Shown in pieces: positions 26,891 to 36,751 of a stretch of 64,000 bases of DNA. The stretch spans positions 608,001-672,000 of the forward strand of contig OZ245015.1 of assembly GCA_965223705.1 (NCBI GenBank), written 5' to 3'. This DNA comes from Myxococcota bacterium. Its GTDB lineage: Bacteria; Myxococcota_A; UBA9160; UBA6930. The notes beneath the pieces are model-generated. The model searched no databases. It was not told where the DNA came from and saw nothing but the letters and a program-made list of their open reading frames with translations. Each line of letters begins with the position of its first letter. Positions within the stretch are counted from its first letter, which is position 1. The translations under genes were made by a program, and so were the position numbers.

Positions 26891-28062
26891 CAGGGGAGAA
26901 ACCTGGCCGTCTGGGCGAGCTTCTGCGGCAAGTACTCGTCGATCACGTAGTTGAGTCCCCACTTTGCGAGCGCCTGCTGCTCGGCGCGGACGCCCATCTT
27001 GAGTAGATCATTGAGCGCTTTCTGCCACGGTTTGTGGGTCTTGAAGAAAGGATCGTTCTTCAGAGCGTCTTTCGCGCGCTTGATGTCGACGTCGAGGAGC
27101 GGGTGGGTCGGTAGGTCGTACTGCCGGATATCGGCTGGAGTCACGCCGAGAAAACGCGCCTGGGGGACGCAGAAGAACTGCGACAGATGGGCGGCGTTGC
27201 CCGAGCCGACCTTGAGCGTTCGGTAGATGTTGGAGATCCCGTAGGGATCGCAATCGACGAAGGCGTAGACGGGGAGCTTGCACTCATCGGAAAGCTTGCG
27301 GATGAAGCGGCGCGTCGCCCGGGTCGGGACGCCGGCCATCGACACGAGAATGCAATCGGCGCTCTGCCAGTACTTGTGATTCTGCAGCCGCTGGAAGATG
27401 CCGCCCGTCTCGATCGCCAAGATGAACTTCGCGTCGGTCTCAAACGAGAGATGTTCCACCGACGAGGGGATCGAGTACGCCCCGGAGCCGAAGCGCGTGC
27501 AGTCGATACGTTCGACCTCGCCGGTATCGCGATCGGGGTCGAGAACGATGAGCTGGCCGGCGACAGCACCGCCGTGTTCGTCCGGAACGAAGCGAAGTTG
27601 CTCTCGCGATACGCCGCGCGTCGAGAACAGCGCCTCGATGTCGTCCATCACCGCGTCCGACTCGGTCTGTTCGTCAAAGCGCGCTTCTTCCCAGTTCTTG
27701 CTCTGGTAGTACGCGTCTCGCTTCGTCGCGAAATCGTTCGTTTCGACGAGTTCCTTCGAGAGCCCCATCATCCGCAGCGTCTGGGCGAACCCCTTGACGG
27801 TGTTCACGGTCAGGGTGCGCGTCTTTCGCTGCTTGCCGATTTCGAAATAGCCGCGCTTTTCGGAATACGACACGTTCCCGAGGGATCGCACCGGGAAGGA
27901 GAGATCGGGCTTCTTCCTCTTGCCGATCACACCGTGGATGTTCTTCGCGGTGTCGACAATGGCGCCGACGGTCGCGGCGTCCTGCTCTGCATTGTGCTTC
28001 GCCGCTTTCGACGTGGTCTTCTTCTTCACGGCTTTCTTTGTGGCTTTTTTGCGGGCGGCCAT
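26890..28062 (-). CDS. top6A: DNA topoisomerase VI subunit A
   Basis: TKRDAYY (catalytic Tyr region), Q.ESD..DIE, ILAIE (Toprim Glu), [21 protein letters not shown]. Confidence 0.93.
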   Translation of the reverse strand: MAARKKATKKAVKKKTTSKAAKHNAEQDAATVGAIVDTAKNIHGVIGKRKKPDLSFPVRSLGNVSYSEKRGYFEIGKQRKTRTLTVNTVKGFAQTLRMMGLSKELVETNDFATKRDAYYQSKNWEEARFDEQTESDAVMDDIEALFSTRGVSREQLRFVPDEHGGAVAGQLIVLDPDRDTGEVERIDCTRFGSGAYSIPSSVEHLSFETDAKFILAIETGGIFQRLQNHKYWQSADCILVSMAGVPTRATRRFIRKLSDECKLPVYAFVDCDPYGISNIYRTLKVGSGNAAHLSQFFCVPQARFLGVTPADIRQYDLPTHPLLDVDIKRAKDALKNDPFFKTHKPWQKALNDLLKMGVRAEQQALAKWGLNYVIDEYLPQKLAQTARFLP

Positions 28063-28069
28063 CGGTTTC

Positions 28070-29812
28070 CTAGTTGTTGCGGCTGCGTTCGAGGACGTCG
28101 GAGAGGTCTTCGACCACGCGGTTCCGATCTTTGTCGGAAAAGCCGAGAATTTGTTGGAGCCCCACGGCGACCTGGGGGATGTATTTCTCGATATACGCGC
28201 GCTTCTTCGCTTCGTCGGCGGCGCGCCGCCGCTTGCGAATATGGGTCGCGACACGCCGGCCGCACTCTTGCAGCGCGAGCCGGATTTCCTTGATGATCTC
28301 GGGATAGTGCGCGATGGCTTCCTTGCTCTCAGAAGTAAACGGAACCCATACGCTCGCGATGTGCACCATCAAGAGGAGCGGCCCGATCGGCAACGCACCG
28401 CGCGGTTGTTGCATCTGGTAGGACTTCCAATCGGTTCCGGTCACGGCTTTCGTGATCGCACACGCACCCTGCTGGTATTGCAGGGGGACGCGGTTCGCGA
28501 AGCGGTAGACCGTCGCGCTGTCCTCGGCGGACATACTTCCACCGTACGCGAGACCGACCTCGACGGCGAACGGATTGCCGCGGTACACCGTCGGGCGTCG
28601 GGTCACCGAAGCGTAAAAATCCGCCTGGACTTCGGCGCGCATCGCCCGCTCGATGAGCTCTTCTCCGATCGGCGCGATGCAGTCCGTCGGCGGCGCCATG
28701 ATCTTGGTCTTGGCGATCGCTTTGTGGATGCTTTCCGCTTCTTCGCGCGTGATTTCCTTCGGCCGGCGGCTCGTCGCGACCTTCGCGGTCTTCGAGATTT
28801 CGTCGGCGATTCTCGCCGAGACGCGAGAGAAATCCGTCGTCAGACAGCCCCGCAGATTTCGGGACGTCGTGTCGCGGAACATCTGCATCAGCACGCCGAG
28901 TTCGACGCCGTAGGGGTGGGGTTTGATCTCCTCCGTCTCCGGCGGCAGCTCGTCGGTGACGCGCGGAAATTCGATCGGAGAGGTCGCGTTGTCTCCCGAC
29001 GCGGGTGGCTTGAACGTGATCTGCGCGTGTGGGTTCGCCAGTGAGATCTGGCGGATGTACGCGTCGACCGAATGCTGACCGCCGCGGTACGCCCCCTCGA
29101 GCTCGATCTCGACACGGGTTCCGTGCGAAACATCCCACTCGACTTCTTCGTCGCGTTTCACACGCGGCTCATTGGTCTTGGTGTCGATGACGAGCTCGAA
29201 TTGGTGGGCCGGCTTTTTCGCGCCGGTGCGCGTGACGATCGAAACGGGCTTCCCGGTGGTCAGCAAGCCGTACATGCCCGCAGCGCTGATGCCGATGCCC
29301 TGTTGCCCGCGGCTCTGCCTCAAGCGGTGGAACTTCGATCCGTAGAGGAGTCGACCGAAGATCTTCGGGACCTGGGCGCGGACGATCCCCGGCCCGTTGT
29401 CCTCGATCACGACGCGGAACCGCGTCTCTCCCTGCTGGTGAATCTCGACGCCGATCTCCGGAACGATTCCGGCTTCCTCGCACGCGTCGAGAGCGTTGTC
29501 GACGCCTTCCTTCACGGTCGTCAAGAGGGCCTTCGAAGGGTTGTCGAAGCCCAAGAGATGTCGGTTCTTCGCGAAGAACTCGGAAACCGAGATGTCGCGC
29601 TGTCCACGCGCGAGGTCCGCCGCACTCGCCCGGGAGCGTGTTTTCGGCTTCTTGCCCGAAGGGGCGTCGGCTTGGCTTCGAGACGCCTTCGTCTTTTTCT
29701 TGGGTGCCGCTTTTTTCGGCGCCGCGCGTTTGCGCCCGGTGCCCCCCGAAGAGGAGCGTGCAGCCGCCTCGGCCGGAGCCGCGGCGAAATCAAAGGCGTC
29801 TTGTTCGCCCAT
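28070..29812 (-). CDS. top6B: DNA topoisomerase VI subunit B
   Basis: ISVSEFFAKN..LGF, KEGVDNALDA, EDNGPGI, SRGQQGIGIS, KPHP.G, RFANRVPL, VPFTSESKEAI. Confidence 0.95.
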   Translation of the reverse strand: MGEQDAFDFAAAPAEAAARSSSGGTGRKRAAPKKAAPKKKTKASRSQADAPSGKKPKTRSRASAADLARGQRDISVSEFFAKNRHLLGFDNPSKALLTTVKEGVDNALDACEEAGIVPEIGVEIHQQGETRFRVVIEDNGPGIVRAQVPKIFGRLLYGSKFHRLRQSRGQQGIGISAAGMYGLLTTGKPVSIVTRTGAKKPAHQFELVIDTKTNEPRVKRDEEVEWDVSHGTRVEIELEGAYRGGQHSVDAYIRQISLANPHAQITFKPPASGDNATSPIEFPRVTDELPPETEEIKPHPYGVELGVLMQMFRDTTSRNLRGCLTTDFSRVSARIADEISKTAKVATSRRPKEITREEAESIHKAIAKTKIMAPPTDCIAPIGEELIERAMRAEVQADFYASVTRRPTVYRGNPFAVEVGLAYGGSMSAEDSATVYRFANRVPLQYQQGACAITKAVTGTDWKSYQMQQPRGALPIGPLLLMVHIASVWVPFTSESKEAIAHYPEIIKEIRLALQECGRRVATHIRKRRRAADEAKKRAYIEKYIPQVAVGLQQILGFSDKDRNRVVEDLSDVLERSRNN

Positions 29813-29876
29813 CTGGGTTCAACCCTCCCACCGAGGCGGGATGATCCCCGCGGCCTTTTTCCGGGTCAAGGACCCG

Positions 29877-30065
29877 CTAGGCGGCGTCGGGAAGGGGGCG
29901 AGAAAGGAGCCTGACCTGGCCGCTACCGAGGAGCGAGAGGACCGTCGCCAACACCTCTTCCTCGGTGTCTGCGACCGAATCGACGGCTTCGACGAGCGCC
30001 AGCAAGGTCGTTTCGACGCAGTCCGCGGGGAAGGTTCGGGGGAGGGGGTAATCGTAGACAGACAT
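29877..30065 (-). CDS. Small hypothetical protein (62 aa)
   Basis: AGGAG RBS before ATG 30065; lies behind a sigma54 promoter. Confidence 0.65.
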   Translation of the reverse strand: MSVYDYPLPRTFPADCVETTLLALVEAVDSVADTEEEVLATVLSLLGSGQVRLLSRPLPDAA

Positions 30066-30105
30066 CAGGGACGTTCTCCTAGAGAATGGGTACCCGGAAA
30101 CGGTC

Positions 30106-30122
30106 AGCAGGTTCCGTGCCAA
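30106..30122 (-). promoter_or_regulatory. Sigma54 (-24/-12) promoter
   Basis: TTGGCACG-GAAC-CTGCT on the minus strand with GG-N10-GC spacing. Confidence 0.75.
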
Positions 30123-30238
30123 ATCGCCTCAGCGTTCGCATTTTCAAGTAGAAATCAGCAAAAACAGACACTTACGCGCTCTCTGGGGCTCGCGTTACCC
30201 GTTGGTGGCGTCAACGTCACCGACCGCGGCGCCAGTTC

Positions 30239-31765
30239 TCAGACGGTTCCTACACCAGACCATTCACTCCGGAGTCCGAGCGCTTCCGCGACCGAGGTCC
30301 GATCCACACGCTCATGCTCGGCGAGATCGGCCGCCGTGCGCGCGACCCGCATCGCACGGTGCACACCGCGGGCGGAGAGGCCGAACTGATCGACCGCCCG
30401 CTGGAAGAGGCGGTTCGCTTCGTCCGTCGGCGCGCAGTGCTCGGCCAGGGCGCCGCCCGGCAGCTCGACGTTGAGGCAGCCCTGTCGGGCGAGCTGTCGC
30501 CGGCGGACTTCGGCGACCCGTCGGCGGACCGATTCGGAAGATTCGCCGCGGGAGGTCCCATCGAGGTCGGAAAAGCTCACCTCGGGCATGCGCAGGTGGA
30601 GATCGATGCGGTCGAGGAGCGGTCCCGAGATTCGCGCCGCGTAGCGGGCGACCGTCGCGTCATCGCATCGACAGTCCCGACGTTTCGAGAGCCGCCAACC
30701 GCAGGGACATGGATTCGCCGCCGCGACGAGTTGGCAAGACGCCGGGAATTCCGTCCGCCCGGCCGCGCGCGCCAAGACGACGCGCCTCTCCTCGAGCACT
30801 TGCCGCAGTCCCTGGAGCGAACGTCGATCGAATTCAGCCAGCTCGTCGAGGAACAAGACGCCTCGGTGGGCGAGGGAGACTTCGCCGGGTCGAATCGGGC
30901 GCCCGCCGCCGAACAACCCCGCCGCGGTCGTACCGTGGTGTGGGGCTCGAAAGGGCCGCTGCCGGGGCAAGCTCGCCACCGAGGGTGAAGCCGTCGCCCC
31001 ATGGATCCGAGCGACTTCGAGTGCTTCGTCGGGGAGGAGCGGCGGAAGCAGCCCGGGAAGCCTCGATGCGAGAAGCGTCTTCCCGACGCCGGGCGGTCCG
31101 CTGAGAAGTAAGCCATGCCCACCGGCTGCGGCGAGAAGCAGCGCGCGTTTGGCAGCTTCCTGGCCTCGGACGTCGCGCAAGTCCGGCGCGTCGATCGGCT
31201 CGGTCGGCGGGGCGGGCTCGGCGCGAGGCAATTCGGCCTGCCCGCGCAACGCCGCGATGAGTTCGGCGAGTCCGGAACAGGTCCGCACGTCGAGTCGTGG
31301 GGAGAGTGCGGCTTCGGCTCCGTTCGGGGTCGGTACCACCACCTGCCGGATTCCGGCTCGGCGCGCGCCGTCGGCTGCCGCCAACGCCCCGCGGATCGGC
31401 CGCACGCGTCCATCGAGCGCGAGCTCTCCCAGCAGCGCGAGCTCTGATGCGGAGCCTGGCGGAAGGCTCCCGGCGGACTCGAGGATCGCCACCGCGATCG
31501 GGAGATCGAGGGTGCCCCCTGTCTTGCGGATTTCGGCCGGAGCGAGATTCACGGTGACGCGCCGGTCCGGGAACCGTTCGCCGGTGGAAGCGATCGCGGC
31601 GCGAACTCGAGCCACACTTTCGCGAACGGCCGCCTCGGGCAACCCGACGATGTCGACTCGAGGGAGTTGGGAAGAGATACGGACTTCGACTTCGACGACC
31701 AGGCCGTCGATACCCGATACGACGATGCCGAGCGTCTTGGCGACGGTTTCCAAAGGTTGCCCCAA
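30239..31765 (-). CDS. comM: YifB/ComM family Mg-chelatase-like AAA+ ATPase
   Basis: IVGLPE.AVRES..RV, VNLAPA, GELALDG, GPPGVGKT, RPFRAPHH, GVLFLDE, NPCPCG, ISGPLLDRID. Confidence 0.93.
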   Translation of the reverse strand: MGQPLETVAKTLGIVVSGIDGLVVEVEVRISSQLPRVDIVGLPEAAVRESVARVRAAIASTGERFPDRRVTVNLAPAEIRKTGGTLDLPIAVAILESAGSLPPGSASELALLGELALDGRVRPIRGALAAADGARRAGIRQVVVPTPNGAEAALSPRLDVRTCSGLAELIAALRGQAELPRAEPAPPTEPIDAPDLRDVRGQEAAKRALLLAAAGGHGLLLSGPPGVGKTLLASRLPGLLPPLLPDEALEVARIHGATASPSVASLPRQRPFRAPHHGTTAAGLFGGGRPIRPGEVSLAHRGVLFLDELAEFDRRSLQGLRQVLEERRVVLARAAGRTEFPASCQLVAAANPCPCGWRLSKRRDCRCDDATVARYAARISGPLLDRIDLHLRMPEVSFSDLDGTSRGESSESVRRRVAEVRRRQLARQGCLNVELPGGALAEHCAPTDEANRLFQRAVDQFGLSARGVHRAMRVARTAADLAEHERVDRTSVAEALGLRSEWSGVGTV

Positions 31766-31876
31766 GCCGGGACCGGTTGGGGATGTCAGAAGGTCGCAAA
31801 CCCCGGGGCATACCGCTTCGCGAAATGGCTATGTTTTTCGGCGACGGGGGATCGACTGAAAAAGAGCCATCGATCG

Positions 31877-32926
31877 GTGTGTTCGCGCGACGGTCGCGGG
31901 TCCGTAGTCCGCCCGTGCGCTCTCTTCGGCGCAGCCCTGTGGTTGTTGTCCTGCGCCGGTGCGCCCGAGCCCCCGCCGCGCGTCGAGCCCGCGCCGAGGC
32001 CGGTCGCCATCATTCGAGAGCCCGCCCCGGGACCCGAGATCGGCCCGGACGTAATTTCCGGCGAACGCGTCGTGAAACGCGCCGAGGCCTGGTCAAAGGA
32101 TCCACGCGGAGCGGGGGTCGCCGCTCGCGAAGCGTGGTCGAAGGCTTCGCACAGCGGTCGATCTCACGATCGACTGGTCGTCGCATTCGCCGATCCCGTC
32201 GATCTCGAGACCGCCGTCGACGCGTCGTTGGCCCTCGAAATCGCGACGGCTTATGCGGCGCGGCTGGGAGATGCCGCGCCCTACGGGCTCGAGCTGCGCA
32301 CGCTGTCCGAGAGCATCCCCGGGAAGCCCGGCATCGCCCGCTTCGCCGTCGTCCTGCGCGCCGCCGGCCGCGATGGCCTCCGCGTCTCGCGAGATTTGAG
32401 CGCCCATCCGCGCTACCGGGAGCTCTTCTGGCAAGCCGCACGACGACTCGGTCGCGAGTCGGTCTTCGCTCCCGACGCCGTTTTCGAAGACACCACCGGT
32501 GTCGCACGGATCACAGAACTCGGCGGACACCAAACCCTCCGGATCGCGCCCGTCCGAGACGCATCACAAATTGGAGGGTGCTGTCGCGCCGAAAGTGCAA
32601 CGGCCGTCGGTGAGGTCACGCTCGAGGGCCTCATCGCCGTGGGTGCGCAACTCGAGCAAACCGACGCGTACGCCACGCGCCCCGTCCCCCCGGTGCCGTG
32701 GTCCTTTCGCGTCGCGCCGGATTCTGGCGACGCGCCGGAAATCGCAGGAGAGGTCGGCTCGGAGGCCCTCGAGTTGCCGGCGGACGAGGGCGGGTCGAGG
32801 AGCGACGGGACGGGTGCGACGAATTCGGTGGATGTTCCCGACGTCGAAACCGAAAAGGCCACAACCGCTGCCGAGGCGGCGGGTTCTCAACCACAGGGCG
32901 CCGTCGGCGCCGGCGGCAGAGAATAG
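31877..32926 (+). CDS. Hypothetical lipoprotein (start uncertain)
   Basis: Lipobox LLS-C followed by a Pro-rich linker; acidic low-complexity tail. Confidence 0.6.
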   Translation: MCSRDGRGSVVRPCALFGAALWLLSCAGAPEPPPRVEPAPRPVAIIREPAPGPEIGPDVISGERVVKRAEAWSKDPRGAGVAAREAWSKASHSGRSHDRLVVAFADPVDLETAVDASLALEIATAYAARLGDAAPYGLELRTLSESIPGKPGIARFAVVLRAAGRDGLRVSRDLSAHPRYRELFWQAARRLGRESVFAPDAVFEDTTGVARITELGGHQTLRIAPVRDASQIGGCCRAESATAVGEVTLEGLIAVGAQLEQTDAYATRPVPPVPWSFRVAPDSGDAPEIAGEVGSEALELPADEGGSRSDGTGATNSVDVPDVETEKATTAAEAAGSQPQGAVGAGGRE

Positions 32927-32974
32927 TCTGGTGGAGTTTTACGAATGGACGGAATCCGAAAGGAGACGACTTCG

Positions 32975-33667
32975 ATGAGGCAGAGAAACCGAGCAGCGAC
33001 GGGGACCGTCTTGGTTCTAGCGATGGCGCTCACCACGGCGTGTGCCACGAACACGGGCACGACCCTCGACTCCCGACGTACCCAAGGCGCGATCCTGGGG
33101 ACCTTGGCAGGCGCCGCAGCCGGCGCGGCCGTCGATGACAACAAGCGGGCTCGAGGCGCGCTCATCGGCGCGGTCGCCGGTGGCTTGACGGGCGGCCTGA
33201 TCGGCAACTACATGGACAAGCAGAAGCAGGCGATCGAAGACGCGATCCCCGATGCGAACGTCGAGCGCACGCAGGACGGCCTGCAGGTGATGTTCGCCGG
33301 CGACCTCCTTTTTGACAGCGGCTCCTCCGGACTTTCCCCCGGCGCGTACAGCCGCATGCGGACGCTCGCGGAAACGCTTCGCAACTATCCCGATACGCGG
33401 GTCAAGATCACGGGTCACACCGACTCTCAGGGCGCAGAAGCCTTCAACCTCAAGCTGTCGGAGGAGCGCGCGGATGCGGTCCGTCGCCTCTTGATCGCCG
33501 AGGGCGTCGAAGCGCACCGCGTCACCGCCATCGGTATGGGCGAGTCCCTGCCGGTCGCTTCGAATGAAACGGCCGCTGGCCGACAGCAGAATCGCCGCGT
33601 CGAAATCACGTTGCAGCCGAACGAGCGATTGCGCGAACGGCACCAGCAGTCGGCCGGTACGTACTGA
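32975..33667 (+). CDS. OmpA family lipoprotein with glycine zipper (YiaD-like)
   Basis: Lipobox TTA-C; GA..GA..G zipper, GNYMDKQ, GHTD..G, N.KLSEERA, NRRVEI; AAGGAG RBS. Confidence 0.93.
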   Translation: MRQRNRAATGTVLVLAMALTTACATNTGTTLDSRRTQGAILGTLAGAAAGAAVDDNKRARGALIGAVAGGLTGGLIGNYMDKQKQAIEDAIPDANVERTQDGLQVMFAGDLLFDSGSSGLSPGAYSRMRTLAETLRNYPDTRVKITGHTDSQGAEAFNLKLSEERADAVRRLLIAEGVEAHRVTAIGMGESLPVASNETAAGRQQNRRVEITLQPNERLRERHQQSAGTY

Positions 33668-33681
33668 GGCCGGCGACGAAC

Positions 33682-34944
33682 TTGGGTCGCGGCTTCGCCC
33701 GATGGCTCGTCGCCCTGGCCGTTGTGATCGCGATCGACGCGGGCGCACGGGGAACCGATGTGAAAATTCGCATCGATTCGCCGGCGCCCGGAGTCGTCGT
33801 GACCGATCGGATCCACCACGCGCGTATCACGGGCAGCGCCGCTGCGGAATCTCTCGGTCCGAAGCCCTTCGACGTCGTCCTCGTGATCGATGTCTCCGGT
33901 TCGACGAGGACGGCGAGCGGAAGCGATGTCGACGGCGATGGCGTGGTGGGCGTGAACCCGCGCTCCGAGAACCTGCCGCCGGGAGCGTTTCCTCCCCACG
34001 TTTTGTCCACCGACCCCCAGGACAGCATCCTTCACGCCGAGATCGCCGCGGCGAACGCCTTGCTCGAAACCCTCGACCCGAAACGCGTGCGCGTCGGTGT
34101 CGTCACGTTCGCGGGAGAAGTCGATCCGTCGACGGGCCTCCGAAAGCGCGTCGACCAAGACGACGCGTGGCTCGAGGTCCCGCTCACGGAAGATTACGGC
34201 AGGGTTCGCCAGGCCTTGGCTTCCGTGCTCGCTCGAGGTGCCGCCGGCGCGACGAACTTTGCCGCCGGGGTCCGTCTCGCGGTTCGCGAGCTCGCGGGAC
34301 TGCGGGGCTCCGTTTCGACGAGCCGTCCCGACGCGCGGCGGGTCATGTTGTTCCTGACGGACGGTATCCCGACGCTTCCCGTCGACCGCGGATCCGTTTC
34401 CGACCCGGGAGACGTCGATTCCGCCGTGCGCGCCGCGGAACTCGCCGCCGAGGCGGGCATCCTGATCAACACCTACGCCCTCGGGCCGGCCGCCATGAAG
34501 TACCGCCGCGCCGTCACGGAGATGGCTCGCATTTCCACCGGGACCTACACGCCCGTCCAGAACCCCGGCGACATCGTGCTCCTGCTGCGCGGGGTGAGTT
34601 TCGCGGACGTCGAAGACGTCGTGCTGACGAACTTGACCACCGGGGATTTTTCCGAGGACGTGAGGCTTCACCCGGACGGTAGTTTCGTCGGCTTCGTTCC
34701 GACGCAAGAAGGTATGAACCGGGTTCGCGTCTCCGTGCTCGCCAGCGACGGTTCCCGCGACGCCCTGGAATTCAACTTCGAGTTCCACAAGGGTGAGCTC
34801 GACGACCGCGAGAAGCTCCGCGAGCTCGAACGGCTGCGGCTTCAAACGCGGGAGCTACTGCTCAAGCGAGAAGCCGACAACATCCGGGCCTTCCGCGAAC
34901 AACAGCGAAAAGAGTTGATCCTCGAGGGCGGCGCGACGGAGTAG
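33682..34944 (+). CDS. Exported von Willebrand factor A domain protein
   Basis: Signal peptide; MIDAS DVSGS, GATNF, FLTDG; DVDGDG insert; C-terminal coiled coil. Confidence 0.85.
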   Translation: MGRGFARWLVALAVVIAIDAGARGTDVKIRIDSPAPGVVVTDRIHHARITGSAAAESLGPKPFDVVLVIDVSGSTRTASGSDVDGDGVVGVNPRSENLPPGAFPPHVLSTDPQDSILHAEIAAANALLETLDPKRVRVGVVTFAGEVDPSTGLRKRVDQDDAWLEVPLTEDYGRVRQALASVLARGAAGATNFAAGVRLAVRELAGLRGSVSTSRPDARRVMLFLTDGIPTLPVDRGSVSDPGDVDSAVRAAELAAEAGILINTYALGPAAMKYRRAVTEMARISTGTYTPVQNPGDIVLLLRGVSFADVEDVVLTNLTTGDFSEDVRLHPDGSFVGFVPTQEGMNRVRVSVLASDGSRDALEFNFEFHKGELDDREKLRELERLRLQTRELLLKREADNIRAFREQQRKELILEGGATE

Positions 34945-34947
34945 CGT

Positions 34948-36471
34948 TTAGAGCGGCACGAGATCCGGATCGAGAATCTCGCGCTGCTTGAGCTTGCCGT
35001 TTTCGTACACCGAGCTGACGTCGATCTCGCCGTCGGCGTTCCGGTCCTCGTCGCGGCGCTTGATGCGGACCTCGCCCGCGACGACTTCGTAGCTTTCGAA
35101 CGTGTCGCGTCGGCCGTCGCCGTCGGTGTCCTTTTCGACGCGGTCGACGTGTTCCTTGCCGGCCGTTTTCTGGTACGTCGTCCAGGTGTCCATGAGACCG
35201 TCGCCGTTGCGGTCTTCCTCGGAACGCACCGCGATCCGGTCCTCGAAATAGACGACGCGGTCGATCTCACCGTCGTTGTTTCCGTCGTGTCGTTCCTGGA
35301 CGAGCGCGCCGCCCTTGTACTCGAAGAACGCGTCCCGTTGGCCGTCCCCGTTGCGATCCACTTCGCGACGCGTCATGAGACCCGCGGCGTCGAAGGTCTG
35401 CCACTCATCCGCGTTTCCGTCGCGATCTTCGTCGAGCGTGACGTCCGTCGCGACACCGTCCCGATAGGTCACCCACGAATCCATCGAGCCGTCGTAATCG
35501 CGGTCGTTTTCTTTGCGCAGGATGACGCCCGTTTTGGCGTCGTGATAACGCACTTCTTCGGGAGCGCCGTCTTCGTCGGCGTCGAGGCTGCGGACCCATA
35601 CGTCGAGCGCACGCCGGTTGCCCCACTCGCCGGCCGGGATCTCTTTGCGCTCCTCGTCGAAGATCGCGATGGGGAGATCGCGCTCCGGGGGCAGAGCCGG
35701 AGCGGTTCGAGGGTCGATGGGGCTGCTCGTCGAAGCGGCGGCGACCGATGGAGGTGCGGGCGTCGCCATCACCGGCGAGCCGTCTGCGCGCGCGGTGACG
35801 ACGGCGACATCATCGCTCGACGTGTCCGCGACGGCCGCCTCTCCCTCGCGCCGATCGATCTCTCGCAGCAGTTCTTCCTGCTTCCGGAGCTCTTCCTCGA
35901 TCTGATCTTCGAGAGAGGTCTGGCGTTCGATTTCGTTTTCGAGTTGTTCCTCGATCTCGCGTTCGCGATTCGCTTCGCTACCGCCGCCTCCGCCCGAACG
36001 GCCCGAGCGAGGGCCGCCGCCGAACGGCACGTTCCCGGTCACGGCACCGTAGATCATCATCGTGCCGGCACCGACGGCCGCGCCGATCGGACCGGCCTGA
36101 CCGCCGATAATCGCGCCCATCATGGCTCCTTCCACCGCGGCTTGGGCGCGATCGCCCGCGCTGCGCTGAGAGCCGTTGCCGCCTTGGGAGCCGTTCGTCG
36201 GCGAGCCGGGCTGAGTCGGGCCCGCCGCGCCGCCGGTGGACGTGGTCGAAGTGCCCGCAGAGGGTGCGCCGGGTGCCGGAGGTCCCGTCGTCGCGGGATC
36301 CGGCGCGTTGCTCGTTGTCGCCGTCGGGCGCCCGCCGGGCGTCGTGCTCCCGCTGGCCGGGGGCTGGGTCGTCGGGGGGCTCGCGCACGCCAAAGCCGCC
36401 CCCAACGTCGCTGCGCAGAGCGCTCGAACGGCGACGGCAGAGGTCGTCAGGCTTGTGGTGGACTGTCTCAC
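34948..36471 (-). CDS. Lipoprotein with Pro/Thr linker, glycine zipper, coiled coil and 8 DxDxDG-type repeats
   Basis: Lipobox ALA-C; GAMMGAIIGG..GAAVGAG; repeats such as DRNGDG, DTDGDG. Confidence 0.75.
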   Translation of the reverse strand: MRQSTTSLTTSAVAVRALCAATLGAALACASPPTTQPPASGSTTPGGRPTATTSNAPDPATTGPPAPGAPSAGTSTTSTGGAAGPTQPGSPTNGSQGGNGSQRSAGDRAQAAVEGAMMGAIIGGQAGPIGAAVGAGTMMIYGAVTGNVPFGGGPRSGRSGGGGGSEANREREIEEQLENEIERQTSLEDQIEEELRKQEELLREIDRREGEAAVADTSSDDVAVVTARADGSPVMATPAPPSVAAASTSSPIDPRTAPALPPERDLPIAIFDEERKEIPAGEWGNRRALDVWVRSLDADEDGAPEEVRYHDAKTGVILRKENDRDYDGSMDSWVTYRDGVATDVTLDEDRDGNADEWQTFDAAGLMTRREVDRNGDGQRDAFFEYKGGALVQERHDGNNDGEIDRVVYFEDRIAVRSEEDRNGDGLMDTWTTYQKTAGKEHVDRVEKDTDGDGRRDTFESYEVVAGEVRIKRRDEDRNADGEIDVSSVYENGKLKQREILDPDLVPL

Positions 36472-36751
36472 GAAGGCCCCCGGCAAGGATCCCCGTTCCC
36501 CGGAAGGCAAAGTGTACCGCCTCGACGGGAGACGCCCAGCGGTCGACTCGAGGGGCTCTACGAGGCGTCGAGTGCGTTGCGTGATAGTGCTTTCCCCTCG
36601 GGCGGCTTGGGTTGTAGCTGCACGTGCACGACGGCTCCCCTTGAGACACCGCGCGCGCGGTGTTCGGTTCGGAAAAGTCGACGCCATGTCGTGCCGATCG
36701 ACCCGATAGCCCGCCCTGTTAAGCTCCATCTCCCTCGAAAGGTGTGACGTT

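Noticed and set aside
26890..28062. Spo11 / eukaryotic or archaeal contamination, or a Wadjet JetD-like Toprim protein
   Set aside because: It is paired with a full top6B, shares codon style with its neighbours, overlaps bacterial rfbA, and no SMC genes are nearby.
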